Source of the DNA: a virus
Lineage: Duplodnaviria > Caudoviricetes
IMG/VR virus record: IMGVR_UViG_3300044940_000530
Coordinates: 1-56,641 of that record
Direction: 5' to 3' (one strand)
DNA: 56,641 nt
The translations under genes and the position numbers were made by a program. Positions 20,218 through 29,139 of the stretch are shown here, piece by piece (position 1 is the stretch's first letter; each line of letters begins with the position of its first letter). Below the pieces are notes generated by a model. The model saw only the letters and a program-made list of their open reading frames with translations, made no database searches and was not told the origin of the DNA.

Positions 20218-21420
20218 TCAGTTGGGGGATACACGGCCTTCACGCTGCGCAGCGGCAATATCGGCTTCGATGGCGCTGCGCTGTTCCCTGGACCCACGGA
20301 ACGAGCCGTTGGACAGGGAACGGTAGAACGCCTTGATTTCGGTGACGGACCATTGCTTCCGCTGGTTCCCGCTGGAAGCGGGAGACGGCGCAGCGCGGGA
20401 AGCGGGCGGCGCAGCGAAGGCTTCGAGTCCGGAGGCAGATTGCGAATCCGGGGCGGTGCGCGCCGTGCCCGTATCCGCCGTCTGCGCCGAAGAGTCGGAA
20501 CCCCGCGACCCCGAAGCGTTCCGATGGTTCAGATACGCTTTGAAGAACGCTGCGGTGCGTTCAACATCAAGAACCGATGTTGCGTTGTCAAGAGCTTCCT
20601 GCCGAACACGCCCAAGAAAAGGGTCATATTCCTGCAACCACGCATGGAATCCGGGGTCGGTATCGAGCGCCTTGGCCTCCGGGACCACCGAAAGAAGGTC
20701 CGCGAAGAACCGCCGCTTGCGATTGATCGACGTATCCTGAATGAGCGATTCGACAACCGAAGTCAAATCGGCGATTCGCTTTTCGTATGGTGCCAACGCG
20801 ACAGCCACGTAATCCTTGACGAGCGGCATGGTCTTGCGCGCGGCCGCAAGAAGAAGATCAGCGCCGAACAACGACTCCTCTTCTTCGGTGACAGGCTCAA
20901 TATTGAACCGCGCCTGCGCCTGCGCGTGCTCAAGTTCTTGCAACTTCTGTTCGAGCGCCTTCCTGGCGGCTTCCTCCGCCTTGCGCTGCTCGCGCTCGCG
21001 CGGAAGCTCCGCCTCGAACCTCCCCCTCCATGTGCGGCTTTCCTGCTCGGCACGGGCGAGCCGCTCGCGGAGTTCGGCGATCTCGGCCGACAGGTCGGGC
21101 GCAACCGGTTGAGACGTGGGCGGCTGAATCGTTTCAACCTGCGCCGCCGGGGGTGGCTGGTTCTGGCCGGGAGCAACGACCTCCGGAGGCTGCTGCGGGA
21201 TGTCCGGGGTGGCCTGCGGAAAATCGGCAGGCGGCGTCTCCGACACCACCATCTCGACGGCCGGGCGCGCCTGCGCGGGGGCCTGCGCGGGGGCTTGCGC
21301 GGGGGCTTGCGCGGGGGCTTGCTTGGCCTTCTGCGCCTCCGCAGCAATCGCCGCCATCATGGCATCCGCCCTACGGCTCGCCTCGCGGATAGCCGTGGGC
21401 GTGGTGTCGATATCGGACAT
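20218..21420 (-). CDS. Capsid scaffolding protein, 400 aa
   Basis: Pro-rich N-terminus, coiled coil, DPGF.AWL motif and IEADI.AA.REGRV C-terminus; immediately upstream of the capsid gene. Confidence 0.8.
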   Translation of the reverse strand: MSDIDTTPTAIREASRRADAMMAAIAAEAQKAKQAPAQAPAQAPAQAPAQARPAVEMVVSETPPADFPQATPDIPQQPPEVVAPGQNQPPPAAQVETIQPPTSQPVAPDLSAEIAELRERLARAEQESRTWRGRFEAELPREREQRKAEEAARKALEQKLQELEHAQAQARFNIEPVTEEEESLFGADLLLAAARKTMPLVKDYVAVALAPYEKRIADLTSVVESLIQDTSINRKRRFFADLLSVVPEAKALDTDPGFHAWLQEYDPFLGRVRQEALDNATSVLDVERTAAFFKAYLNHRNASGSRGSDSSAQTADTGTARTAPDSQSASGLEAFAAPPASRAAPSPASSGNQRKQWSVTEIKAFYRSLSNGSFRGSREQRSAIEADIAAAQREGRVSPN

Positions 21421-21443
21421 ACAACATCTCCGTCAGTTAGGAT

Positions 21444-21722
21444 TCAGGACTCCTTACGCGGCAAGTTCGATGCCCGCGCGGCCTCCATGGTGCTCTCGGC
21501 GTTCTCGATGCGATTGATCAGCACGCGGTAAGCATAAGCGATTCCCTGTAACTTATGAATCGTATTCTGGTCCGCCCCCAAAAGCGCGGTGATCGCAGAC
21601 GATTCGAGCTTGCGAAGCTCGGACAGGAACCCGTCGAACGCTCCCCCCGCGAACCGCTTCACGTCCAGAACAGCCAGTTCGAGTCCGTAGGCGAGCGCTA
21701 CCGGGTTCCTATCCTTGCTCAT
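21444..21722 (-). CDS. Small conserved head-region protein, 92 aa
   Basis: Between portal and scaffold; KLQG.A motif. Confidence 0.6.
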   Translation of the reverse strand: MSKDRNPVALAYGLELAVLDVKRFAGGAFDGFLSELRKLESSAITALLGADQNTIHKLQGIAYAYRVLINRIENAESTMEAARASNLPRKES

Positions 21723-21728
21723 CGGAAA

Positions 21729-21896
21729 TCACATCTTCTTCGGCATCTTCTTCTGCGGGTTCATCCCGCCGCTGGCGTTCCCGGCAACGACGCCGCTCTT
21801 GCCAGCCCGAACCTCGGGCACGCCGGACGCAGGCTTCGCCTTGCCCTTGCCGCCCATCATCTTCATCTTCATCTTCATTCCACCGTAGCCCTTCAT
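21729..21896 (-). CDS. Small Lys/Met-rich basic protein, 55 aa (MKGYGGMKMKMKMMGGKGK...)
   Basis: Below the ORF-track cutoff and read by hand; SD AGGAG, ATG at 21896, TGA at 21729-21731. Confidence 0.65.
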   Translation of the reverse strand: MKGYGGMKMKMKMMGGKGKAKPASGVPEVRAGKSGVVAGNASGGMNPQKKMPKKM

Positions 21897-21918
21897 CGCG
21901 CACTCCTGTTCGCGTGGA

Positions 21919-24306
21919 TCACATGCCGGAGACCTGCTGTTGCAGATTCACGCGCGGCCCCCTGTCGCGTGGACCTGTTCCTTCGCCGCCCATCTGCGTC
22001 CCTTGGGCGATCCTGGCGGCTTCCTCGGGAGCTTCGGCGGGAATGTCCTCGGGTGCGCCGGGTGCGCCGGGTGCGCCGGGTGCGCCGGGTGCGCCGGGTG
22101 CGCCGGGTGCGCCGGGTGCGCCGGGTGCGCCGGGTGCGCCGAAAGCGGCCTGACTGCGAGCCGCTTCGTCGCGGGCACGAAGCTCCTCGTCGGACGGCAC
22201 GATCTCATGGTCCCCAAGCCCGACATGCTCCATGACCTTCCGCAACACGGCACCACGGCCGCGCAGACCCATGATCGAAACATCCAGCGGATTCGCAGTA
22301 GCCTGAAGAATCTCGACCTGCCGCTGGCGCTCCGTCTCCTTCTGAATCGCGACGTTGACCCCGCGCACCTCGATTGTCTCGTCCCCGCGCAAGGTCTTGC
22401 CCTTGTCGGTCAGCATCAGCATGTCGTAGAGCGCCGTCAGCACAGGCTCGATGATGTCGCTGTCGATATTGGCGGCGACGGTTTGAAGAATCTTGGTGGC
22501 GTTGCCCATGAGCATCGCCAGACCCGACGCGGTGCGTCCGGCACCGCCCAGACGCTCCGAACCTGTGATGTAGCGAGGAATCGCAGACAGTTCGTCGGCG
22601 ATCTGCGTGAACTTCTCGTAGACCCCGAGCAGCACTTGGGCGTTCGAGTTGGGCTGGAAGAAGTCCACAGGCGGCGGCTCGCTCGCTCGCGGCGGGCGTG
22701 TCGGGTCCGCACGCACGCGCCAGCGTTTCCAAGGATAGAGCGAATCCGCATCCTCGATGGCCGCAAGCCGGTCGATGTCCACGACAACCTGCGGCCCGGA
22801 CGACATGGAGAGGTTGTTGACAAGCGCACGCAACGCCGCGTTGGCCACATCCTGCACATCGCTGAGGATGTCGGGCAGCGCGTTGCCCAACACCGTCCCC
22901 GGTGCCTTCTCGAAGCTCGTAATATAATAAGGATGCCGCTTGCGCGGGGACGGCAGCATCTGCACCTTGATCACGTAGCGCCCGACCATCCAGACCTGCA
23001 CCGCATAGTCGGTATCGGGATCGGGAACCTGCTTCCTGGACATGCCGTAATCCAGAAGCATCGACCCCTGCACGGACCCCGTGAACTCAAGCATGTCGAT
23101 CACGCCTGATTCGTTGTGCGTGGGGTTCTCGCGGCTTTCGAGATCGGCCTGTTCCTGATCCACCCCAAGGGCGATCTCGGTGTAACCGGTCCGCCCGTAA
23201 TCCCTGAGCACGCTGCGCAGCGCGTCCTCGTTGTATCCCGGAACGCCGATCAAGGCGTTGAGATCGGCACGGGTGAGGCGGGACCGCTCGATGATGTTGG
23301 CCTGCGCGATATCGCTCACCCCCGGCGTCCACCAGAGATCGAACGGCGACACGCGCTGCCAGAACATCTTGGGCTTGAACGTCGATTCGACGGTCTTGTT
23401 GCCCGGCGGCCCGACCCACGACACAACCAGGGTGTTGCGCACCACAGGCCCCTTGATACACGCGAACGGAAACAGCGGCAGATCGGTGAGGAACTCCGCC
23501 AGCGCCCTGTAGAACCCACCCTCCACCAGAATGTCATCGAGCCGGGCCTGCGCACGGGCCGCCTCGTCGGCGGCGGCGCGTTTCTGCGCACGCTCCGCCT
23601 CCATCACAAGCTGCCGCCTGCGGCTGGCGATCTCCTCTTCGGCGGGGGGCGACCCCGCGAGCGCGGCGGACGCCGATTCCGCAACAATCAACGAATCAAT
23701 GTTCGCGATGATATCATCCGGCATCGTCGGGTGCGGGGTCGGCAGCAGCGCCCACGGACGCTGCGCGTTGAGATAGATGTCGCGCAGCAACGCGGTCGCG
23801 CCGCGACACTTGACGGCGACGAGGCGGGCGAAGATTTCGGAGCCGCCGAACTCGCGGATTTCGGCAAGCGTGCGGGAATCATACTGACCATTGAACATCC
23901 GCAAGGCATTGATAAGACGGTCGTTCCACCCGGTAGCTGATTCCCTGTGGCGCTTCATCATCTCGAACTGCGAACGCACATACGCCGCCAGATTCGATTC
24001 CGTCTCTTCATTCAGCGACAGTTCAGGAATCACATTCGGCGCAGCGGCGTCGCGCGTCGTCTCGGCGGGCGTGGCGATTCGCAGCAACCCTCCCCGGTCG
24101 GACGGCCCCATGACCGGCTGCGCACCGCCACCCTGCGGACCGGGGGGAACCGCTCCGGCGGAAAACGCAGGCATCGCGGAAGGAACGGAAGGGACGGGGG
24201 GAATGGAAGGGACGGGGGGGATGGAGGGAACGGAAGAAACGGGCGCTGGCCCGCCCACCCCAGGAATCGCTCCTCGCTGACCGGGAAACAGGACAGGCTC
24301 GACCAC
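21919..24306 (-). CDS. Portal protein, about 795 aa
   Basis: Size and position; RVSPFDL.W.PG, PYY..SFEK.PG...G..LP..L.DVQ, NNL..S.GPQ and RTASGLAMLM motifs. GTG 24306 with AGGAG SD is preferred over the longer ORF start. Confidence 0.88.
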   Translation of the reverse strand: MVEPVLFPGQRGAIPGVGGPAPVSSVPSIPPVPSIPPVPSVPSAMPAFSAGAVPPGPQGGGAQPVMGPSDRGGLLRIATPAETTRDAAAPNVIPELSLNEETESNLAAYVRSQFEMMKRHRESATGWNDRLINALRMFNGQYDSRTLAEIREFGGSEIFARLVAVKCRGATALLRDIYLNAQRPWALLPTPHPTMPDDIIANIDSLIVAESASAALAGSPPAEEEIASRRRQLVMEAERAQKRAAADEAARAQARLDDILVEGGFYRALAEFLTDLPLFPFACIKGPVVRNTLVVSWVGPPGNKTVESTFKPKMFWQRVSPFDLWWTPGVSDIAQANIIERSRLTRADLNALIGVPGYNEDALRSVLRDYGRTGYTEIALGVDQEQADLESRENPTHNESGVIDMLEFTGSVQGSMLLDYGMSRKQVPDPDTDYAVQVWMVGRYVIKVQMLPSPRKRHPYYITSFEKAPGTVLGNALPDILSDVQDVANAALRALVNNLSMSSGPQVVVDIDRLAAIEDADSLYPWKRWRVRADPTRPPRASEPPPVDFFQPNSNAQVLLGVYEKFTQIADELSAIPRYITGSERLGGAGRTASGLAMLMGNATKILQTVAANIDSDIIEPVLTALYDMLMLTDKGKTLRGDETIEVRGVNVAIQKETERQRQVEILQATANPLDVSIMGLRGRGAVLRKVMEHVGLGDHEIVPSDEELRARDEAARSQAAFGAPGAPGAPGAPGAPGAPGAPGAPGAPGAPEDIPAEAPEEAARIAQGTQMGGEGTGPRDRGPRVNLQQQVSGM
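22051..22140. repeat. (GGGTGCGCC)10 encoding (GAP)10 in the portal C-terminal tail
   Basis: Ten perfect 9-bp units. Confidence 0.97.
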
Positions 24307-24358
24307 GACGCTTCTCCTAGGGTAAGGCTTACGCTCCCGATCCGTCAGAGGCACCGCG

Positions 24359-25099
24359 ATGCCCCCAACGAACCCATTCCCCGCCGTGTATACCCCAAAG
24401 ACAACCGATGGGGAACGAGAACCCACGGACCTCAAGGGGTTGGGGTCGGGCGTGCTCGATCCGTCCCTGAACGGACTGGCGCGGGAAATCGCGCAGGACA
24501 TACGCCCGCTGGAAGAGATTCTGCTGGATCACGGATTCTCGGGACTGGGCGATCCCCGATGGACGGCGATCAGCGAATCCCCCGCGTTCGGTGCGATTCT
24601 CGCGCAATCGATTGAGGAATGGAACTCGGCGAAGACCACACCGCAGCGAATCCGCATGAAGGCCGCCGCAATCGTGGAACAGTCCCTCCCGGCGGTGTTC
24701 TCGATCATCAACGACACGACGGAGAAGGCAGCGGACCGCATCCGCATGCTGGAAGTGATCGGACGCTTCGCCGGTGTCGAAACGGAAGCGAAGACCGCGC
24801 ATTCGGGGGGCGGGTTCTCGGTGTCGATCAACATCGCTCCCGGCAACGGCACCCCGGCAATGCAGGTGCGTGTGGTGGGCGGCGACGAAACATCCCCCGA
24901 TGGGCCTACGCTCGAAACGACCGCCGATGGGCCGACGCTCGAAACGACCGCCGATTCGACGGACCTTTCCGAATCGGCACGGCTGGCCACCGCTTCCGCC
25001 ATCCATGCCTCGGTGGAGCGCGCCCTCCAACGCGCGCTGCGCGAGGGACGCGAACCCACCGAAGAGGAACGAATCATGGACAGCGAGCACGGCCTATGA
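24359..25099 (+). CDS. Putative terminase small subunit, 246 aa
   Basis: Directly upstream of, and ATGA-coupled to, TerL; helical core with GGGFSVSINI C-terminal strand. Confidence 0.7.
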   Translation: MPPTNPFPAVYTPKTTDGEREPTDLKGLGSGVLDPSLNGLAREIAQDIRPLEEILLDHGFSGLGDPRWTAISESPAFGAILAQSIEEWNSAKTTPQRIRMKAAAIVEQSLPAVFSIINDTTEKAADRIRMLEVIGRFAGVETEAKTAHSGGGFSVSINIAPGNGTPAMQVRVVGGDETSPDGPTLETTADGPTLETTADSTDLSESARLATASAIHASVERALQRALREGREPTEEERIMDSEHGL

Positions 25100-26553
25100 A
25101 CGCCCCGTTCGCACCCCCCACGCCCCAGACCATCTCGCTCAAGGGCGTCACATACGACGCCCCTCCCACCATCAGCCGGTTCATGCTCGATTCGTCGTTC
25201 GTGCGGCTGGTGCTCGGCCCCGTGGGTTCGGGCAAGACGACGGGCATGATCTTCGAGCTTCTCCGGCGCGCGAGCATGCAGGCTCCGGGCGCGGACGGGC
25301 TGCGCAGGACGCGCTTCGCGATTGTGCGCAACACGCTGTCGCAGATGCGGCAGACGGTGCTGCGCGACATCGAAACATGGCTCGGTCCGATCATCCACTA
25401 CAAGACCAGCGAGAACGTGATCTTCATCGAAGCAGGCGATATCCGCTCGGAATGGTTCATGATCCCCCTCGAAGACCCCGTGGACCAGAAGCGCCTGCTC
25501 TCGATGCAACTCACGGGAGTGATGATCAACGAGTTCATCGAAATCGACCTCGGCTTGGTGGACGCGATGCTCGGACGACTGGGGCGCTACCCCCGCATGG
25601 CGGACGGCGGCCCGACATGGTTCGGCCTGATCGGCGACTCCAACTTCCCCAACCAAGGCTCGCCGTGGCATCTGGCCTTGGAAGTGAACCGTCCCCCGGA
25701 CTGGAAGGTGTTCAAGCAACCGGGCGGCCTCAATCCGGCAGCGGAGAACCTCAAGAATCTCGTCGGAGGACGGGAATACTACGAACGCCTCGCCCGTCAG
25801 CAGAGTCCCTCATGGGCCAAGCGGTATGTGCATGCGGAATACGGCGACGACCTCGAAGGCACGCTCGTCTTCGCGGGATCGTTCAACTACGGATTCCACA
25901 CAACCACCGAATCCATCGAACCGATCCCCATGGCACCGGTCATCGTCGGACAGGATTTCGGGCGCTGGCCGTGTGCGGTGCTGACGCAGATGGACCGGCA
26001 GACGAACAGGGTGCTCGTGCTCGAAGAGATCATCGCAAAGGACATGGCGCTGGAACGGCACCTGAACGAGAACCTCATCCCGGTCATGGGCAGTTCCCGC
26101 TACCTCAGCAACCCGTTCGTCATCGTCGGCGATCCGGCAGGCGACCAACGCAACACACTCTATGAAATGACCAGTTTCGACATGCTCCGCAACAGAGGGC
26201 TGATCGCCGTGCCCGCGCCGACCAACGACATCGAAGCCCGGCTGATGGCGGTGACGCATCTTCTGCTGCAACAACGCGCGGGCGGACCCGCGATTCTCAT
26301 CGACGCCAACCGCTGTCCGACGCTGATCCAGGCGATGCGCAGCATGTATAAGTTCAAGAAGACGAGGCAGGGAACGACGAACGCCACGCCCGAGAAGACG
26401 AATCCGTGGTCCGACATCATGGACGCGCTGCAATACGCCTGCCTCGCGCACTCGGGCGGTTTCCAGAACGTCCTCAACGTGCATGTGAACCGCCAGCGCG
26501 GCACGAGGACGGGGATCAAGCCCATGATCATGCCCGTTCGCGGCTGGACGTGA
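25096..26553 (+). CDS. terL: Terminase large subunit, 485 aa
   Basis: Walker A GPVGSGKT, Walker B-like MINEF, nuclease GQDFG, GDPAG and SDIMDALQY; true start is the ATG at 25096. Confidence 0.92.
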   Translation: MNAPFAPPTPQTISLKGVTYDAPPTISRFMLDSSFVRLVLGPVGSGKTTGMIFELLRRASMQAPGADGLRRTRFAIVRNTLSQMRQTVLRDIETWLGPIIHYKTSENVIFIEAGDIRSEWFMIPLEDPVDQKRLLSMQLTGVMINEFIEIDLGLVDAMLGRLGRYPRMADGGPTWFGLIGDSNFPNQGSPWHLALEVNRPPDWKVFKQPGGLNPAAENLKNLVGGREYYERLARQQSPSWAKRYVHAEYGDDLEGTLVFAGSFNYGFHTTTESIEPIPMAPVIVGQDFGRWPCAVLTQMDRQTNRVLVLEEIIAKDMALERHLNENLIPVMGSSRYLSNPFVIVGDPAGDQRNTLYEMTSFDMLRNRGLIAVPAPTNDIEARLMAVTHLLLQQRAGGPAILIDANRCPTLIQAMRSMYKFKKTRQGTTNATPEKTNPWSDIMDALQYACLAHSGGFQNVLNVHVNRQRGTRTGIKPMIMPVRGWT

Positions 26554-26576
26554 ACGGCTGGACATGATGGGGACAT

Positions 26577-26609
26577 AAAAAGGGCTGCGACCCTTTCGAG
26601 TCGCAGCCC
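26577..26609 (-). terminator. Intrinsic terminator between convergent terL and HTH genes
   Basis: 10-bp stem GGGCTGCGAC/GTCGCAGCCC with an A5 run on the left (U-tract on the minus strand). Confidence 0.75.
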
Positions 26610-26676
26610 AAGGTGCCACCAAACGAGTAAGGAAGAGAACCGACACGCCTGCGAGGCAGGCCATGACGGGAAAGAA

Positions 26677-27294
26677 CTAGTCCTCCGATTCCGCCCTGTC
26701 AAGAAGCTCGTCGGCGGAAACCATCGCCTGCGGCACGCCGGAATCCAACGGTTCGACAGGAACCGCCGCCGTCAACGTCACCTTCCTGCGCTTCCTGCGC
26801 GGCAGCGGGCGGGCGACAATGGCGTGCCTGTCGGGTTTACCGGGCCTGTCGGACTTCGGGGATTTCGGGGATTTCGGGGACTTCGCGGAGGCGACGGGAC
26901 CGACGACCTTCCCGGCACGGACGCGATCCTCGCGCTCGGGGTCGCCCGCGAGCACCGTAGTGAACCCCTCACCAAGCAGCCCATGCAGCCCCAGCTTGCG
27001 GAAATGCCCCTCATGCTCGGCAGCGGCCTTGGCGATGGCCCGCTCGGATGGATTCGTGGGAACGGTGCTCATGGAACACTGGCGAATCACATATGAACGA
27101 TTCACCCCCAGCTTCGCGGCGATCTCCTCGGTCGGCACGCGAGCCTTGGCCATGGCGTTGATCAGCACCAACCGGGCGACGTGGAACACGGGAGACACAC
27201 GCGGCTTGGACCGTGCCGACACGACACCGTTGTTCGTCCTGTCGGCACGAACGGGCTTGGAATCCTTCGGAACGAAGGAGGATTTTCTGCTCAT
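26677..27294 (-). CDS. HTH DNA-binding protein (GcrA-N-terminus-like HTH), about 205 aa
   Basis: TEEIAAKLGVNRSYVIRQ helix-turn-helix; basic low-complexity C-terminus; SD GAGG before ATG 27294. Confidence 0.6.
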   Translation of the reverse strand: MSRKSSFVPKDSKPVRADRTNNGVVSARSKPRVSPVFHVARLVLINAMAKARVPTEEIAAKLGVNRSYVIRQCSMSTVPTNPSERAIAKAAAEHEGHFRKLGLHGLLGEGFTTVLAGDPEREDRVRAGKVVGPVASAKSPKSPKSPKSDRPGKPDRHAIVARPLPRRKRRKVTLTAAVPVEPLDSGVPQAMVSADELLDRAESED

Positions 27295-27568
27295 GTTTTC
27301 ATCCTCTTGCAAGCGCGGAGAATCGCGCGACGGGCATCGTAGAAAGAACGATTCGTAGAGTCAATGGGGAATCTTTGGGAGATTTTTCCAGGATTTTTTG
27401 AATCGTGGGGGGTGTTTGTGAATCAATGTTGTTATGTTTTGATGTTGTTATGTTGTTGTGGGGGAACCGGGATTTTTTCAAGTCACCTGCCACAGGCAGG
27501 CGCGGCGGGGGGCGTTGGCCAGATGGGGGGGTGGGGTCGGGCCATCGCGCGCGTGCGCGGGCGCGGGC

Positions 27569-27601
27569 CATGCCACGTTAAAGCGCGATTCCTTGAGTGT
27601 C
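27569..27601 (+). promoter_or_regulatory. Repeated early promoter-like motif, copy 1 (CATGCCACGTTAAAGCGCGATTCCTTG)
   Basis: 27 bp identical to 29389-29415; precedes a transcription unit. Confidence 0.65.
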
Positions 27602-27631
27602 AGCGGCGACGCTCGACACGCTCTTTCACAA
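27597..27631 (+). promoter_or_regulatory. boxB-like GNRA hairpin plus boxA-like CGCTCTTTCACAA
   Basis: GTGTC-AGCG-GCGA-CGCT-C-GACAC hairpin followed by a near-consensus boxA at 27619-27631. Confidence 0.55.
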
Positions 27632-27649
27632 CCGCATAGGAGATTCGCA

Positions 27650-27967
27650 ATGACCTACAAAAAGGTCGGCGGGCTGCACTTCTGGACCATCGGCCGCCTT
27701 GGCGGGTCGATCTACTGGAAGAAGGCCAAGGCCAAGGCCAAGGCGGCGCAACCGACGCCGCGCGAAGTCGGGCTTCCCATCGGCCTTGACCGGCAGGCTG
27801 CGGCCCGCGTCGCAATCCGCTCCGCGCGGATCGTCAACAAGGAGCGCGTGGAGTATGGGCAGCGGGTGCCCTGCGCCTTCGAGGCGTCCGCTGCCTACCG
27901 CTTCGCCGATGAGGAAGCGGCGAGCGTGTTCCGCACCGTCTACTCGCAGATGGTGACGGTTTACTGA
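27650..27967 (+). CDS. Early hypothetical protein, 105 aa
   Basis: SD AGGAG, ATG 27650; YKKVGGLHFW.IGRLGGS N-terminus. Confidence 0.75.
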   Translation: MTYKKVGGLHFWTIGRLGGSIYWKKAKAKAKAAQPTPREVGLPIGLDRQAAARVAIRSARIVNKERVEYGQRVPCAFEASAAYRFADEEAASVFRTVYSQMVTVY

Positions 27968-27974
27968 TTCACTC

Positions 27975-27996
27975 GGGAGGGGCGAAAGCCCCTCCC
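27975..27996 (+). other. GC hairpin with GAAA tetraloop and no U-tract
   Basis: GGGAGGGGC-GAAA-GCCCCTCCC. Confidence 0.7.
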
Positions 27997-28015
27997 AACC
28001 ACCACAGAACGGAGA

Positions 28016-28483
28016 ATGACCATGATGACCAACAAGCAGCATGATGCAATTTGGGCTTTCGTTGTGGGCGCAGCCCTACAGATGGGCGCGGTCGGATATT
28101 GGGCTAGCCGCAACGAACCGCAGCCCTACGCGCTGAACGACTTCCTGGCGGAGAACATCCGCCAAGCGTGCGGGCAGGACGCCCGGCACGGGTTTGCTGG
28201 CCGTGCGTGGGCCGACGAGGCCCCGCTGAGCGCCACGCTCGCGGACGCGGTTATCGCGGCCGCTGAGTATGCCGGGGTGCGGATCACCCCGGCTGACGTG
28301 GAGGCAGCATGCCTCCGAATGAAGTGGGAGCATTATAAATGGGAGGGTATGAACCTCCCATGTAATTGGGAGGCTCTACAAGCGGCAGCCGCCGAGCGCG
28401 GCTGGGGCTGGAACCCGGTGCGGCCCGACCGCCCGCTTTACGAAGTATCGACATGGGCGGGAGAAGTCGCCGCCCGCCTCTAA
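28016..28483 (+). CDS. Early hypothetical protein, paralogue A
   Basis: SD GGAG; aligns end to end with 28655..29092. The exact start among three close ATGs is uncertain. Confidence 0.85.
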   Translation: MTMMTNKQHDAIWAFVVGAALQMGAVGYWASRNEPQPYALNDFLAENIRQACGQDARHGFAGRAWADEAPLSATLADAVIAAAEYAGVRITPADVEAACLRMKWEHYKWEGMNLPCNWEALQAAAAERGWGWNPVRPDRPLYEVSTWAGEVAARL

Positions 28484-28491
28484 ACACTACC

Positions 28492-28520
28492 GGGGGGCCG
28501 CAAGGCCCCCCTTCTTTTTT
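28492..28520 (+). terminator. Intrinsic terminator
   Basis: GGGGGGCC-GCAA-GGCCCCCC followed by TTCTTTTTT. Confidence 0.92.
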
Positions 28521-28525
28521 GCCTC

Positions 28526-28591
28526 CACCGCCGCTGCGCTGTCACACCAAGAGCGTGCGCCTCCCGCGTCGGCGCGAACAGGAAGCGCCGC
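28526..28591. repeat. 66-bp intergenic element, copy 1
   Basis: 62/66 identical to 29297-29362; lies between a terminator and a promoter motif. Confidence 0.9.
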
Positions 28592-28620
28592 TGCCACATT
28601 AGCGCGCGATTCCTTGTGTG
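28592..28620 (+). promoter_or_regulatory. Repeated early promoter-like motif, copy 2
   Basis: TGCCACATTAGCGCGCGATTCCTTGTGTG, 3 mismatches to copy 3. Confidence 0.6.
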
Positions 28621-28654
28621 AGCAATGGTGCTCAGCAGCGAAGGAGATAGACCG

Positions 28655-29092
28655 ATGACCAATGAGCAGCGCGACATGATCTGGGGTTTCGTTACTGGCG
28701 CTTCGATCTGCATGAGCTGGGGCAACCGCCCCTACGCGCTGCACGCCCTCCTGGAAGAGAGCATCTACCGGACGTGCGGGCAGCACGCCCGGCACGGCCT
28801 CGCGGGCTGTGCGTGGGCCGATGAGGCCTCGGTTAACGTCAGCCTCGCGGCCGCGTTCCTCGCGGCTGCCGAATACGCGGGCGTTGCTCTGACGGTCGCG
28901 GACGTGGACGCGGCTTGCCTCTTCATGGAGCGACTGCACTTCCAGTGGGACGGGCTGCTTGACCCCCCGCAGACCTGGGAGGCCCTCAAAGCGGCCACGG
29001 AGTCCCAAGGCCGAATCTGGGACCCGATTTCGCCAGACCGCCCGCTTCGTGCGGTTTCGTGGTGGGCGGGAGAAGTCACCAACTACCTCTGA
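28655..29092 (+). CDS. Early hypothetical protein, paralogue B, 145 aa
   Basis: SD AAGGAG, ATG 28655; shares CGQ.ARHG.AG.AWADEA, AAAEYAGV, WEAL.AA and PDRPL...WAGEV with paralogue A. Confidence 0.85.
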   Translation: MTNEQRDMIWGFVTGASICMSWGNRPYALHALLEESIYRTCGQHARHGLAGCAWADEASVNVSLAAAFLAAAEYAGVALTVADVDAACLFMERLHFQWDGLLDPPQTWEALKAATESQGRIWDPISPDRPLRAVSWWAGEVTNYL

Positions 29093-29101
29093 TCACCACC
29101 G

Positions 29102-29130
29102 GGGAGGCCGCAAGGCCTCCCTTCTTTTTT
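29102..29130 (+). terminator. Intrinsic terminator
   Basis: GGGAGGCC-GCAA-GGCCTCCC followed by TTCTTTTTT. Confidence 0.92.
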
Positions 29131-29139
29131 GTTTGTTCC

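Noticed and set aside
21709-21903. 64-aa ORF-track call
   Set aside because: The overlapping frame 21729..21896 has a well-spaced SD and ATG and does not overlap the next gene.
24307-24501. N-terminal extensions of portal (to 24501) and TerL (from 24619)
   Set aside because: They would overlap TerS; better SD or coupled starts exist at 24306 and 25096.
27569-27601. Sigma54 promoter or CtrA box in the repeated motif
   Set aside because: The TGGCA on the minus strand has no TTGC at the required spacing, and there is only a single TTAA half-site.
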